Source of the DNA: Eubacteriales bacterium
GTDB lineage: Bacteria; Bacillota; Clostridia; Oscillospirales; CAG-272
Assembly (NCBI GenBank): GCA_045536155.1
Contig: JAZSMZ010000050.1
Span: 1 to 46,541 of the forward strand
Reading direction: 5' to 3'
Length of the DNA: 46,541 bases
Below are positions 16,221 through 25,924 of the stretch, in pieces. Below the pieces are notes generated by a model. The model was not told the DNA's origin, did no database searches, and saw only the letters and a list, made by a program, of their open reading frames with translations. Numbering within the stretch: position 1 is the first letter of the stretch; every line of letters begins with the position of its first letter. The position numbers and the translations under genes are program-made.

Positions 16221-19200
16221 TCAGCTGTTTTTTTCAACCGTTATTTCGAGAAAATGGCTTCTTTTATCGAAAATAAAGCGATTGTTTACAATTTTTCCGT
16301 CGAGTTTGAAGGAGTTTTTTTCTCCCGAGCGGCATTTTACGGTGTAAAGAGTGCCGTGACGGTCGATTTTGAGAGTAAATTGATCGAAAGAATTGCAAAG
16401 AGAGGGGAGGAGGTAAAAGCCGTCCTTGTCCTCCTTGTATCCGATAAGATCTTCAAGCACGACCTTGTAATACCATGCCGCCGCACCGGTGTAAATCGTC
16501 CATCCGCCCCGACCGAGATGACTTTGAGCGCTGTAAATGTCGGCGGCCAGATAATAGGGCTCGACAAGATAGCTTTCGCTGTGCCGAGGGCTCCTTGAGC
16601 GGTATATCGGATTCATAGCGCGCAAAATGCCGTATCCGCGCTCGTTTTCGCGTATATTCAGCAATCCCCACGCCGCCCAGATGGCCGCATGGGTGTACTG
16701 GCCTCCGTTCTCGCGCAGTCCCGGGCAGTAGCCCTTGATATATCCGACGTCACGCTCGGATCGGTCAAAGGGAGGCACAAACAGCTTGTATATCTCGGCG
16801 TAGTGGTCGTAAAGCTTTTCATAGCCGCTTTCAAGCGCCGACACACTACGCTCGTTTTTGCCGTCTACAATGGCCGCGAAGGCCTGCGGAAGCGCGTCGA
16901 TTTTGCACTCGAAATTGTTTTTCGATCCGAGCGGATAGCCGTCGCCGAAAAAGGCTCGCATATAATGCTCGCCGTCCCAGGCATGCTTTTGGATGGCCTT
17001 TTGGAGCGATCTTTCGCATTCGGCAAGGTAGTCAATGAGCGCGATATCTCCTCTCATTTCGCATATCGGGATAAACTTTTTAATCGTCAGACGAATGAAA
17101 AAGGCCAGCCAGACACTCTCTCCTCCGTTTTCACCCACTCGGCTCATTCCGTCGTTCCAGTCGCACTTGCCCATCAGGGGAAGACCGTGATTTCCAATGC
17201 GCGACAGCGCGCATCGAAGGGCGCGCACACAGTGCGAATAGACGTCTTGTTTCAAATCGGAGCGCGTGGGCTTTTCATATCGTTCGCTTTCGTTGTCGTC
17301 AAGAGGAGGCGATGAAAGATATCTCACCTGCACGTTCAGCAAAGAATCGTCGCCCGTCAGGCGCAGATACTCCGCCGTGACGTAGGGCAGCCAGACGTGA
17401 TCGTCCGAGCACTTGGTGCGAATGCCGACGCAGTCGGTGTTCCAATGCCACCAGTGCATAACGTCGCCCTCCTCATACTGGTGAAAACATGCGCGAATGA
17501 TGTGCGTTCTTGAGGTGTTCGGTTGGCAGTACATTACCGAAAGGCAGTCCTGAAGCTGATCGCGGAATCCGTACGCTCCGCCCGACTGATAAAAGGCGGT
17601 GCGGCCGTACATTCTCGAAAAAAGTGTCTGCGGCAAAAGACGGTGGTTGAACATTACCGAAAGGTATTCGGGCACGTCGGACAGCTCAATACCGCTACTA
17701 AGCTCCTTTTCATTTGACTTTGAGCATTCGTCGAGCGCCTTTTCGATGTCGTTAGTGCTTTTGAATTTTTTCAGAATGTGCTCGTAAAGCCGCTCGCTTG
17801 CATTGGCAAAGAGCAGATAAGCGCCCGATTCGATCTCCTTGATAACGGGCATGATCTTCGCGTTTTTGTCTGCAGTCAGCTCAAAGCAAAGCGACATTTT
17901 CTCGTCCGAACGGCAGACGATCATTTTCAGCGGCAGTTTTTTTTCAATTCCGCACTTTACGGTATAATTGATACCGTCGCAAACGCCCCTCCATTCGGCG
18001 TATCCCGCACGGTAGACGACGCTGTTCGATATCGCGCAGAGGTCGTACTGCTTTCCCGCGACCGATGCAATGATCCTCTCGCCCGAAAAGCCGAGCAGGA
18101 TGTCGTTTGACCAGGGCGTCAGCCGACCCTCGCGCGAGTTTTTGAACCAGGTATATCCTAGCGAGTTCTGACTTACAAGACAGCCGAACTGTCGTGACGC
18201 ATATATATTACACCAGGGCATCTTCTGAGGACCTTTACTGATGCATATATCGCCGTTATCGAAGGAAAACGAGTCGGATATCTTCGCGCCCGACGGATTT
18301 ATGATCGCGCGGCTTATCTCGCAGACGTCGACGATCTTCTCCCCATCGTCCATCTTTTTTTGCTCTTCGGCGATAGCGGCAAAGACGGTTTTTGAATCGA
18401 CTGTGGCCGATAGCTTCGAGTATATCTTCAGCTTTTCATATTCGGCATCACACGTGTGTATGCCGCCCCGTTTTTTGAAAAAGTCGCCGCAGCCGAGTGA
18501 GGATATAAGGTGATTTATCGCATCGGCGTTGGGCGCGCCGTATTTGTCGGCGTCAAAGGCCGATATGACAAGATCGAAGCGGATGCCCGCGATCGTGAGG
18601 TATCGGTGTGCGGTGATGAATGAAGCGAGCAGGCGCTCGGTACTGCTTTTGAGTCGGGAAGAGTCAAAGCAATCGTCATTTAAGCAGAGCGCGATGATGT
18701 CAAAATCTCCCGAGATGCCAAACGCCCAAAGGTAGTCACGAGGGGGTGTAATTGCACGACGGTTGGATCTCGGCAAATATATCGCGTTTAAAATAAGGGA
18801 GGATGCGGCGGTCATCGGGCTGTTTTCAAAACCGTTTGTGCCGTATGCCAGAGCTTCGCGAGCGCTCACGATGGGTCCGAGCGAGCGCTCGAAGGATCTG
18901 TCGGTGCGCTTCGGCTTTTTTTGCGCCGACAGCGCGCGTATGGTTTTAAGCGCACTGTCTTTGCTGTAACCGAAGGATATTAAAAATTCGCAGTGATACC
19001 GTCCGGATCTGCTGATCGAGTTTTTAGTTACCGCACAGACGGGGATAATGCAGGGACCGTTTTTTTCTCCGTCAAAGCTGTTGCCGGCAAGTGAGATAAC
19101 GTCGCTTTTTGCGTAATTCTGACCGAAAATTCTGTCGCGGCGGCATTCAAAATCGCTTGATGAAAGTCCGCCCGTCATATAGACCGCCATATAAAGATCC

Positions 19201-22200
19201 TGCTCGTTTATCGCGCGAGGGCGGCGGTGGTAGATCACGGTGCGAAGCGATTCGTCGTAGCTGCTTTCAAGCGACAGATCGGAAAAGGCAACGTGGGCAT
19301 TGTAGTCGTCCTTTTTCGCCATAACGGGTTCAAAGTAGAGCAGCGGTGCGATCTCGGTAAAATCGCCTGCGGCATCAAGCGTTATGCAAAAGCAGGATCG
19401 CGTGCCGTGCAGAGTTATCGAGGCAGATGCATGAAATCCGGGCTCGTCTATTTTTAGCGTGATGGCTGTATCGCTTGCCGAAAAATTGCCCGACGAGATC
19501 TCGTATATCGCATCGTCAGCTTTGATTGACAGACGAAGCGAGTGGATGTCATCGTCTTCAAAGCAGTCACGCGAGAGGCAGTATTTGCCGTCGTAAAGAC
19601 AGATGTTGCCCTTGGACGTCGCGACCACTCTCGCTTTGTTGTTAGACAGCATGGCGGTGGACAGGGGCACGTTTTTGTCCTTTTTGTCGCTTTTTATCCG
19701 AGCATATCGCTGCACTGCGGGACGTTTTGACGCTTTTTGGGCTTTGGTGTAATAGTCGGCACGCTCGTCAAGGATGAGCTCGGCGCACCGATTGAGAGGA
19801 TTTTTCAAAAAGCGGCGGATCATGATATTGTCAAAGCAGTAATTGCCCGCCGACGTGATACTCATGCCGATATGATGTGACATGAAGCTGCGGATGAAGG
19901 CATAGCCGTGTCCGACGCGGGACGGAGTAAAATCGGCGCTCTCGTAAAAGCCGTAGCGGCCGTACATACCGAAGCTCTCCATTCGTGAAAGGTTTGAAAG
20001 AGACGATTTCGGAGCGTGCGGGAGGGTGAGAAAAGAGGAATAGGGAGATAGCACGTTTTCACGAGAGTAGTATCGCTTTTGAGCAAGTGAGGAGCAGCCG
20101 AATGCGCGGTATTGGTAGTTCATGTCGCCGTCAAAGGCGTAGTATCCGCTCTCCGACCGTCCCCACATTCCGCACACCGAGCGTTTTTTCTGCCTTTTTA
20201 AGCAGAAATCGAGTGATAAATAAAAGGCCGAGCCTTTTTTTGCGGGAAGAAGGATGGAGGGCATAAAATACTCGAACATCGTACCCGTCCAGGAAAGAAT
20301 TCCGCGATCTCTTCCTGCAGAAACGATGATACGGCGAAGCTTTTTGCGCGTTTCGTCGCTGTATGGGAGGATATCGCGCGACGAGGCATAGTAGTAGAGC
20401 AGAGCAGACTCGGAGCAGAAAATATCATAGCAGCTCTCGATTATCTTCTCGGATGAGGCATCGTATCCGATAGAAAACAGTGAGCGTTTTTTGTTAAAAA
20501 GAAAGGCAAAATCGCATTTTTTCAGATATTGGGCAATACGCTCGGAAAGGTTCGTCAGATCGTCACATTCGTGCGAATATTCCTTTATTCCCTCGGCAAT
20601 GGCTGAAAGACAAACGGCAAAATTGCCGCAGTCGACCGACGATATAAAGGGGGCGCCGATGACGTCGAGGGTGCGGGTGTCGTACCAGTTGTAAAGAAGT
20701 CCGCGGCAGACGGCGAGAGAATCTACGGTGTCCATAGTGCTTTTAAGCCTTGAAAAAAGCTCGTCACTCGTGATAAGCGAAAAATCGCGCGCGGACAGCA
20801 CGGACAGCATATAAAGACCGATATTTGTGGGTGAGGTGCGGTGCGCTATCGACTCGTGAGGGGAGATCTGCACGTTGTCGGGAGGAAGAAAATTGTCCTT
20901 TTCGGTGACGTTGTCGGAAAAATACCGCCACATATCCTTGACGTACCGACGGACGGTGTCGATATCCCTTTTTGACGGAGCGAGCTTCTTTTTTTCTTTG
21001 GAAAGGAAATAGCACGCGAAGGGAAAGCAGAGCCACGAAAGCCCGAGGGCAAAATGCAAAAATGTGGGTGATATGATCAAAAGAAGAGCACCGAATATGA
21101 GCGAAAAGGGCATGGCGCGACAGTATGACAAAATGCCGCCCGCCTTCATTTTGTCGCTGTCAGATGCGGTAACCCATTCGAGCATTTTTCTTTTTGAGAT
21201 TTTCACGCGGTATATAGCGCGAAAGGTGGCATCGAATGATAGAGAGGCTATATGGCTTAAAGAGGCCAGCTCAAAAAGCGTGCTTTTTGCTGACTCTGCG
21301 ATCATCTTTGTCGTTCTTGCCCTGAAAAGCGTGACGATAAAGGGCAGGAGAATATAGCTTATTGCCGCTAAAAGAAGCAGTACGCGATGCTTGTAAAATG
21401 GGGAGATAAGGCACAAAAGCAGGGCGTAGTGACCGAGAAGAGCGCGGCGGACGTTGTCGTAAAGCTTAAAACGGGAAAAGAGTGAGAGCGGCTTTTTTGC
21501 GTGGAATACTGCCTGCACGTCGCCGCGTACCCACCTGTGATGGCGCTTGTAAAAGGAAATCGCGTTTTTGGGAGTCGAGTCGCTTAAGGTTATATCGCTT
21601 GCAGTGCGGCAGGAGAGATAGCACCCTTCCAGCGCATCGTGGGAGAGCACGCTTTCGCCGTCGAAAAGTCGGTCGGGAAGGGAGGCAAAGGAGGCAACGT
21701 CAATAATGCCCTTGCCGCAGAAAAGGCCCGATGAGAAAAGATCCTGATAAAGATCAAAGGCCGCCGACGAATAAATGTCCCGTCCGTGATCGCCGCCGGT
21801 AATGGCGGCGAAAGGAGAGGCGTTTGCCGAATCGAGCTTTGTACTCATGTGAGGCTGGATTATGGCGCAGCCCTTGGTAACGACACCGTTTTTCATCGCG
21901 ACCTTGTGCGCCGGATGCGATATTGCGCCGACGAGGGAGGAAAGCGAGTTTAGCGAAAGCTCGGTGTCGGCATCAAGGGTGATGAGATATTTGGTCTTAT
22001 AAAGAAGGCCGCTTGGCATGACGACGGTGTTAAAATCGCGCTCGTCTCCCCCGATAAGGGCGATAAGATCGCAGACCGCACCGCGTTTTCGCTCGCGTCC
22101 CATATATCGCTGCTCGCTTTCGGAAAAGACCCGCTTGCGCATGAAAAGGGCGAAGCGGTCGCCGTATTTTCTGTTCAGCTCATCGATTTTATCGCGCGCG

Positions 22201-23153
22201 AAAGCTATGGCATCGCTGTCGCTTTCGCTTGCTTCGGTGTCGCTGTCAAAAAGATCGCCGAGGATGCCGAAGGTGGCATATTCGGCATTGCGGTTGGCAA
22301 GATAATACCTCTCGAGCTTTTCGCAAAGCACGCCGTCCCTCTCTTTTCCCGAAAGCAAGGTCGTTATAACACAAAGGGTGTAAGCATCGTGATCGATGCA
22401 CTCCTTTTTTATTCGCGCAGTGGGGACTGCGGGCAAAAGCATTGACAAAACGCTGTCCAAAAGGCGCTTTGACAGCTCAAAAAAAGGGCAGAGCGCGATA
22501 ATTGACGGAAGGATGGCGCGGCTGACGGCATAAACAAGGGCCGAGAAAACAAGACAGAGCGCAAAGACCGTCGGATAATACATTAAGGCCAAAACGGGAT
22601 GGCGCGGATATATATCGTCTTTTTGGGCGACGAGCTTTGCGGCAGAACACTCCGATATATTCTTTTTTCTCGCGTAGTGCACACAGCTTTGGCGGTAAAG
22701 TCCCTTTGTGGGAGAGTCCGATCGGGCAAAGGCGGCGGGGGACTTTTCGTAAAAGGTCTTTTCTGCATCAGATAAGTTAAACAGCACGAGCTCAAAATCT
22801 ATCGAGTCGAGATTGCGAAGAGAGCGGCAGACGGTGTCGAGCAGCTTTTGATCCCTCTTTTTTCGCGTGCGGTACAGATGCATGACAAGCTCCAATGTAA
22901 TAAGATCGCAAAGGCAAAAAAGCTCACCGTACAAAAAGGGCGAGTGAGGTTTTAAAAAAGAAATGATGTCATTTTGCTCCAAATTGTAATCGTGCTGTTC
23001 AAGCATCTTTTTAACAAGTGCTCGAAGCTTTGCAATTTTTACGTTGGGCTGCATTCGAATGGAGCTTTTCAGATGCTCCGATACAAAATAAATATCGTCG
23101 GTGTCCCCGAAGACAGCGATAAGGGCGCGTCGTATCAAATAAAAATCAGGCAT
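16221..23153 (-). CDS. Cyclic beta-1,2-glucan synthase family protein (Cgs/NdvB/ChvB-like: GT84-like + cyclisation-like + GH94 modules)
   Basis: GT module: ITLDADTEL, GKGIIDV, LSHDALEG, KRHHRWVRGDVQ. Followed by TM segments. Middle module: NFLPPDNVQISPHESIAHRTSPTNIGLYMLSVLSARDF. C-terminal GH94: FYQSGGAYGFRDQLQD, EGDVMHWWH, GGQYTHAAIWA. Start taken at ATG 23153 (MPDFYL, RBS ACGGAGA); GTG 23171 is the alternative. Confidence 0.85.
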   Translation of the reverse strand: MPDFYLIRRALIAVFGDTDDIYFVSEHLKSSIRMQPNVKIAKLRALVKKMLEQHDYNLEQNDIISFLKPHSPFLYGELFCLCDLITLELVMHLYRTRKKRDQKLLDTVCRSLRNLDSIDFELVLFNLSDAEKTFYEKSPAAFARSDSPTKGLYRQSCVHYARKKNISECSAAKLVAQKDDIYPRHPVLALMYYPTVFALCLVFSALVYAVSRAILPSIIALCPFFELSKRLLDSVLSMLLPAVPTARIKKECIDHDAYTLCVITTLLSGKERDGVLCEKLERYYLANRNAEYATFGILGDLFDSDTEASESDSDAIAFARDKIDELNRKYGDRFALFMRKRVFSESEQRYMGRERKRGAVCDLIALIGGDERDFNTVVMPSGLLYKTKYLITLDADTELSLNSLSSLVGAISHPAHKVAMKNGVVTKGCAIIQPHMSTKLDSANASPFAAITGGDHGRDIYSSAAFDLYQDLFSSGLFCGKGIIDVASFASLPDRLFDGESVLSHDALEGCYLSCRTASDITLSDSTPKNAISFYKRHHRWVRGDVQAVFHAKKPLSLFSRFKLYDNVRRALLGHYALLLCLISPFYKHRVLLLLAAISYILLPFIVTLFRARTTKMIAESAKSTLFELASLSHIASLSFDATFRAIYRVKISKRKMLEWVTASDSDKMKAGGILSYCRAMPFSLIFGALLLIISPTFLHFALGLSWLCFPFACYFLSKEKKKLAPSKRDIDTVRRYVKDMWRYFSDNVTEKDNFLPPDNVQISPHESIAHRTSPTNIGLYMLSVLSARDFSLITSDELFSRLKSTMDTVDSLAVCRGLLYNWYDTRTLDVIGAPFISSVDCGNFAVCLSAIAEGIKEYSHECDDLTNLSERIAQYLKKCDFAFLFNKKRSLFSIGYDASSEKIIESCYDIFCSESALLYYYASSRDILPYSDETRKKLRRIIVSAGRDRGILSWTGTMFEYFMPSILLPAKKGSAFYLSLDFCLKRQKKRSVCGMWGRSESGYYAFDGDMNYQYRAFGCSSLAQKRYYSRENVLSPYSSFLTLPHAPKSSLSNLSRMESFGMYGRYGFYESADFTPSRVGHGYAFIRSFMSHHIGMSITSAGNYCFDNIMIRRFLKNPLNRCAELILDERADYYTKAQKASKRPAVQRYARIKSDKKDKNVPLSTAMLSNNKARVVATSKGNICLYDGKYCLSRDCFEDDDIHSLRLSIKADDAIYEISSGNFSASDTAITLKIDEPGFHASASITLHGTRSCFCITLDAAGDFTEIAPLLYFEPVMAKKDDYNAHVAFSDLSLESSYDESLRTVIYHRRPRAINEQDLYMAVYMTGGLSSSDFECRRDRIFGQNYAKSDVISLAGNSFDGEKNGPCIIPVCAVTKNSISRSGRYHCEFLISFGYSKDSALKTIRALSAQKKPKRTDRSFERSLGPIVSAREALAYGTNGFENSPMTAASSLILNAIYLPRSNRRAITPPRDYLWAFGISGDFDIIALCLNDDCFDSSRLKSSTERLLASFITAHRYLTIAGIRFDLVISAFDADKYGAPNADAINHLISSLGCGDFFKKRGGIHTCDAEYEKLKIYSKLSATVDSKTVFAAIAEEQKKMDDGEKIVDVCEISRAIINPSGAKISDSFSFDNGDICISKGPQKMPWCNIYASRQFGCLVSQNSLGYTWFKNSREGRLTPWSNDILLGFSGERIIASVAGKQYDLCAISNSVVYRAGYAEWRGVCDGINYTVKCGIEKKLPLKMIVCRSDEKMSLCFELTADKNAKIMPVIKEIESGAYLLFANASERLYEHILKKFKSTNDIEKALDECSKSNEKELSSGIELSDVPEYLSVMFNHRLLPQTLFSRMYGRTAFYQSGGAYGFRDQLQDCLSVMYCQPNTSRTHIIRACFHQYEEGDVMHWWHWNTDCVGIRTKCSDDHVWLPYVTAEYLRLTGDDSLLNVQVRYLSSPPLDDNESERYEKPTRSDLKQDVYSHCVRALRCALSRIGNHGLPLMGKCDWNDGMSRVGENGGESVWLAFFIRLTIKKFIPICEMRGDIALIDYLAECERSLQKAIQKHAWDGEHYMRAFFGDGYPLGSKNNFECKIDALPQAFAAIVDGKNERSVSALESGYEKLYDHYAEIYKLFVPPFDRSERDVGYIKGYCPGLRENGGQYTHAAIWAAWGLLNIRENERGYGILRAMNPIYRSRSPRHSESYLVEPYYLAADIYSAQSHLGRGGWTIYTGAAAWYYKVVLEDLIGYKEDKDGFYLLPSLCNSFDQFTLKIDRHGTLYTVKCRSGEKNSFKLDGKIVNNRFIFDKRSHFLEITVEKNS

Positions 23154-23191
23154 AAAAAATATCTCCGTCACAGTTAATGTACGGAGATATT
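23154..23191 (-). promoter_or_regulatory. Terminator-like hairpin that sequesters the synthase RBS
   Basis: Minus strand AATATCTCCGT (23191..23181) - 12-nt loop - ACGGAGATATT (23168..23158), then TTTT and ATG (23153). The 3' arm contains the only Shine-Dalgarno candidate (GGAG). Confidence 0.6.
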
Positions 23192-23225
23192 ATTTGCTGT
23201 ATTTGCTTTTTTATGCCGTTTGGCG

Positions 23226-24698
23226 TCAATCGTCGAATCGGCGAATGATCTTGCCCATTATGCTCAGCGCTTTTTTAGCCCTTCTGTGGTCGATATCGGT
23301 GTTGCCGTATTCGATAAGCTCGAAAATTTCGGTGAGATCGGAAAGAGAGGCATCGGGCATGCGGCTGTGCACTTTTTGCATGATCTGGCGAGGGGTGTCC
23401 GATTCGGTCAGCTTGTAGTTGCCCGCTCTCCAAAGAGAAACGAGAGTGCGGTAGGAGAATTTGAGCTTCTCGCTGTCCGACGGAATTGCCGACAGCCTTG
23501 ACAGATACGTGCGGTAGATACTGCCCTTTTTCGGAACTGCCGAGCTGTTTTTGTTTGCCGCTTTTTCATCGATCCCTATCTCCTCGTCCTTGTAGTCGAG
23601 TATAAAGAAGTGCTTTTCGTCCTTCTTTTCACGATACTTGAAAATGTAGCTGAGAATATCGACTATTGCCTGCGACAGTCTCTCGAAAAAGCGCTTTATC
23701 GCGCCCCAGACGTCGCGGCGTCGGCTGATGATGAAAAACGCGCCGACCATGATTATCATGACGAAAAATAAAAGGAAGAATACCTTTGTCGCGCCGCCCG
23801 AGCTGTCGGAAACGTCGAGCACCTCGGCAAAAAAGTTTTGCGAAGACGGTGAAGAACCCGAGCCGTATTCATTGCCGTTTGAGCTGTTTTTGGATGCAAA
23901 AACGATGCCCAGCGTGTAAAAGAGCACGATTCGTGCGATCACCGACAAGCCTACGACCACCGACAAAACAGCAATCAGAATGATCAGCGATGCAAGCACG
24001 AGCACGCCGATAACGGCGGCATTGTAAAAACGTGAGGTGTGAGAAATGTGCGTGTTTTCCGCCTTTGAAAAGATGGAGATAATGTTGCTTTGATTTAGGA
24101 GAGTGACTGCACAGATAATGAATACGACGAAGGCAAGGGTGGTGAAAAGCTGGGTCTTGCCGGAAAAGAATATGGCAGTCACCACGTAGTTTGCAAAAAA
24201 GGAGAGCATGAGAGGGATAATGTTTCTTACCGATACAACTCTGCTCGGCGGAATAAACCACAAAACCACTCCCGTCATCAAGCAAAAGAGCACGAAAACG
24301 GCAAAAATCAGCGGAAGGAGGGAGAATTTGTCGTAGTAAAGTCCTTCGACGTTTTTTGACAGATAGACAAGCCACTTGTCTGCGGCAAATTTGGTGATTA
24401 TCGCAATGACTATGCTTATAACAGTGGCAAAAAGCGAGTCTACAAAGGAATAAAAATCCTCACTGCGCTCGTATGCGCCGTCATCGGCTACTCGCTGCAC
24501 TTTAAATACCGCACCTGCAAATGCCTGAAGCGCGTATCCGAGCACGATAAGCAGCGTCGGAACGCATATCGACAGCGGCAGAATATAGGGAACGGATCCG
24601 TTGAGAAAATTGAACACCCACGGGCTGATAAGCGCACTCAATGCGATTATCATAAGGACGGTGAAAAAAAAGGGTGTTTTGGCTCTTTTTTTAATCAT
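23226..24698 (-). CDS. Multi-pass membrane protein with C-terminal DUF4129-like domain
   Basis: About 10 hydrophobic segments, then a soluble tail (YRTLVSLWRAGNYKLTESDTPRQIMQKV...LIEYGN) of the type found third in MoxR/DUF58 operons. ATG 24698 (MIKKRAK, RBS GGAGGG) overlaps the DUF58 stop (AATGATTAA). Confidence 0.6.
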   Translation of the reverse strand: MIKKRAKTPFFFTVLMIIALSALISPWVFNFLNGSVPYILPLSICVPTLLIVLGYALQAFAGAVFKVQRVADDGAYERSEDFYSFVDSLFATVISIVIAIITKFAADKWLVYLSKNVEGLYYDKFSLLPLIFAVFVLFCLMTGVVLWFIPPSRVVSVRNIIPLMLSFFANYVVTAIFFSGKTQLFTTLAFVVFIICAVTLLNQSNIISIFSKAENTHISHTSRFYNAAVIGVLVLASLIILIAVLSVVVGLSVIARIVLFYTLGIVFASKNSSNGNEYGSGSSPSSQNFFAEVLDVSDSSGGATKVFFLLFFVMIIMVGAFFIISRRRDVWGAIKRFFERLSQAIVDILSYIFKYREKKDEKHFFILDYKDEEIGIDEKAANKNSSAVPKKGSIYRTYLSRLSAIPSDSEKLKFSYRTLVSLWRAGNYKLTESDTPRQIMQKVHSRMPDASLSDLTEIFELIEYGNTDIDHRRAKKALSIMGKIIRRFDD

Positions 24699-25890
24699 TT
24701 GCAGCCCTCCTTTCGAGGTAGGTATTGTAGAATACCTCAATGTTCGAAGGGATTGTCATTGCATTTTGATTGGCCTCGGTGACGTAGAACATCACGCGTA
24801 TTCCCGCGCGGCGCATGATATCGTGAAAGACGATCATTCGCTCGTCGATATAGGCTGATACGATTATAATATTGCCGCCGTTTGAAAAAAAGTAGGGATT
24901 TTTCGATATCGTGTCGAGCATTTTGTCTGCAGGGCAGGATATCTGCATTTCAAGCGCGGCGAGCAGACGGAGTGCCTCGATCGTTTCGCCCTTGCCGCGG
25001 TAAGCCTTGGTTACCGATATATCGCCGTCAACGTCGAGTCCGAGCATTTTCGGGGGAGTGTTTATGAACATCCGCACCGGTATGTTCGATGCCGACACAC
25101 GATCGATTATCGATGCCGCTACCGTGATGCAGTTCTCGATGTATTCGGGCGAGCTCGGAGTGTCACGGTGAAGCTCGATCGGGCGGGACTGCATATTAAG
25201 GATTATATTAAAGGTGTGCTGCTCGGTAAAATCCTCGATGTTTACCATCAGACGACCGTGCGATGCGGTCGAGTTCCAGTTTATCTTCGACATTGGATCA
25301 AGAGGGGTATATTCGCGTGATCCGCTTATCAAAAGAGGGTCGGATATAAGCGAGCGGGGGACGCTGACGTCACCCGAAAGATAGTGCGACGAGCTAAAAG
25401 CGCCGTCAAGCTCGACGGGACGGGGAAGCACGACTATGCTGTTTTTGCGTCCCTTTGGAACCTCGAGCGATTTTGAAAGGGCGTTAAAGCCAAACAGATC
25501 GTTCGTTACCATAAGCACGCGGCCGGGAGTGTAAATGCCTCTCTTTTTGCAGTTTACTCGCCATCTGCGGCGAATACATTGAGCGCTCTTTAAGACGAAG
25601 GCGCTCTGATTTACGCGCGAAAGGGAATCCCTTTGATTTTTTCTGCCGCTCTTGTCGGTGAAGCGAAAATACAATCCTTCGGGCAGCTCTGTATCGATTC
25701 GAATAGAGGGAATGGGCAGATTTTTGCCGTTGCAAAGCTCCTCGTACATGAAAATATCTTCGCCCTCAAAAACCTCCTCGGCGCTCAGCTTGACGTCATA
25801 CGAAAGGGAATCAAAGGCGTGGCGCTCGTATATTTTGCTCTGTATTATGTAAACGATAACTGCGGTTATAAGTACGGCGAAAAACAGCAT
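24691..25890 (-). CDS. DUF58 domain-containing protein (MoxR partner, vWA-like)
   Basis: N-terminal TM segment, then a DUF58-like core (RRWRVNCKKRGIYTPG, VVLPRP, REYTPLDPMSKINW), immediately downstream of the MoxR ATPase. Start at ATG 25890 with AAAGGAGGA. Confidence 0.75.
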   Translation of the reverse strand: MLFFAVLITAVIVYIIQSKIYERHAFDSLSYDVKLSAEEVFEGEDIFMYEELCNGKNLPIPSIRIDTELPEGLYFRFTDKSGRKNQRDSLSRVNQSAFVLKSAQCIRRRWRVNCKKRGIYTPGRVLMVTNDLFGFNALSKSLEVPKGRKNSIVVLPRPVELDGAFSSSHYLSGDVSVPRSLISDPLLISGSREYTPLDPMSKINWNSTASHGRLMVNIEDFTEQHTFNIILNMQSRPIELHRDTPSSPEYIENCITVAASIIDRVSASNIPVRMFINTPPKMLGLDVDGDISVTKAYRGKGETIEALRLLAALEMQISCPADKMLDTISKNPYFFSNGGNIIIVSAYIDERMIVFHDIMRRAGIRVMFYVTEANQNAMTIPSNIEVFYNTYLERRAAND

Positions 25891-25924
25891 TTGATCCTCC
25901 TTTCTCAAGCTTTTGTGCGAGATC

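Noticed and set aside
23154-23171. GTG 23171 as the start of the glucan synthase
   Set aside because: It lies in the loop of the junction hairpin with no Shine-Dalgarno upstream. ATG 23153 has GGAG at the proper spacing. It is kept as an alternative only.
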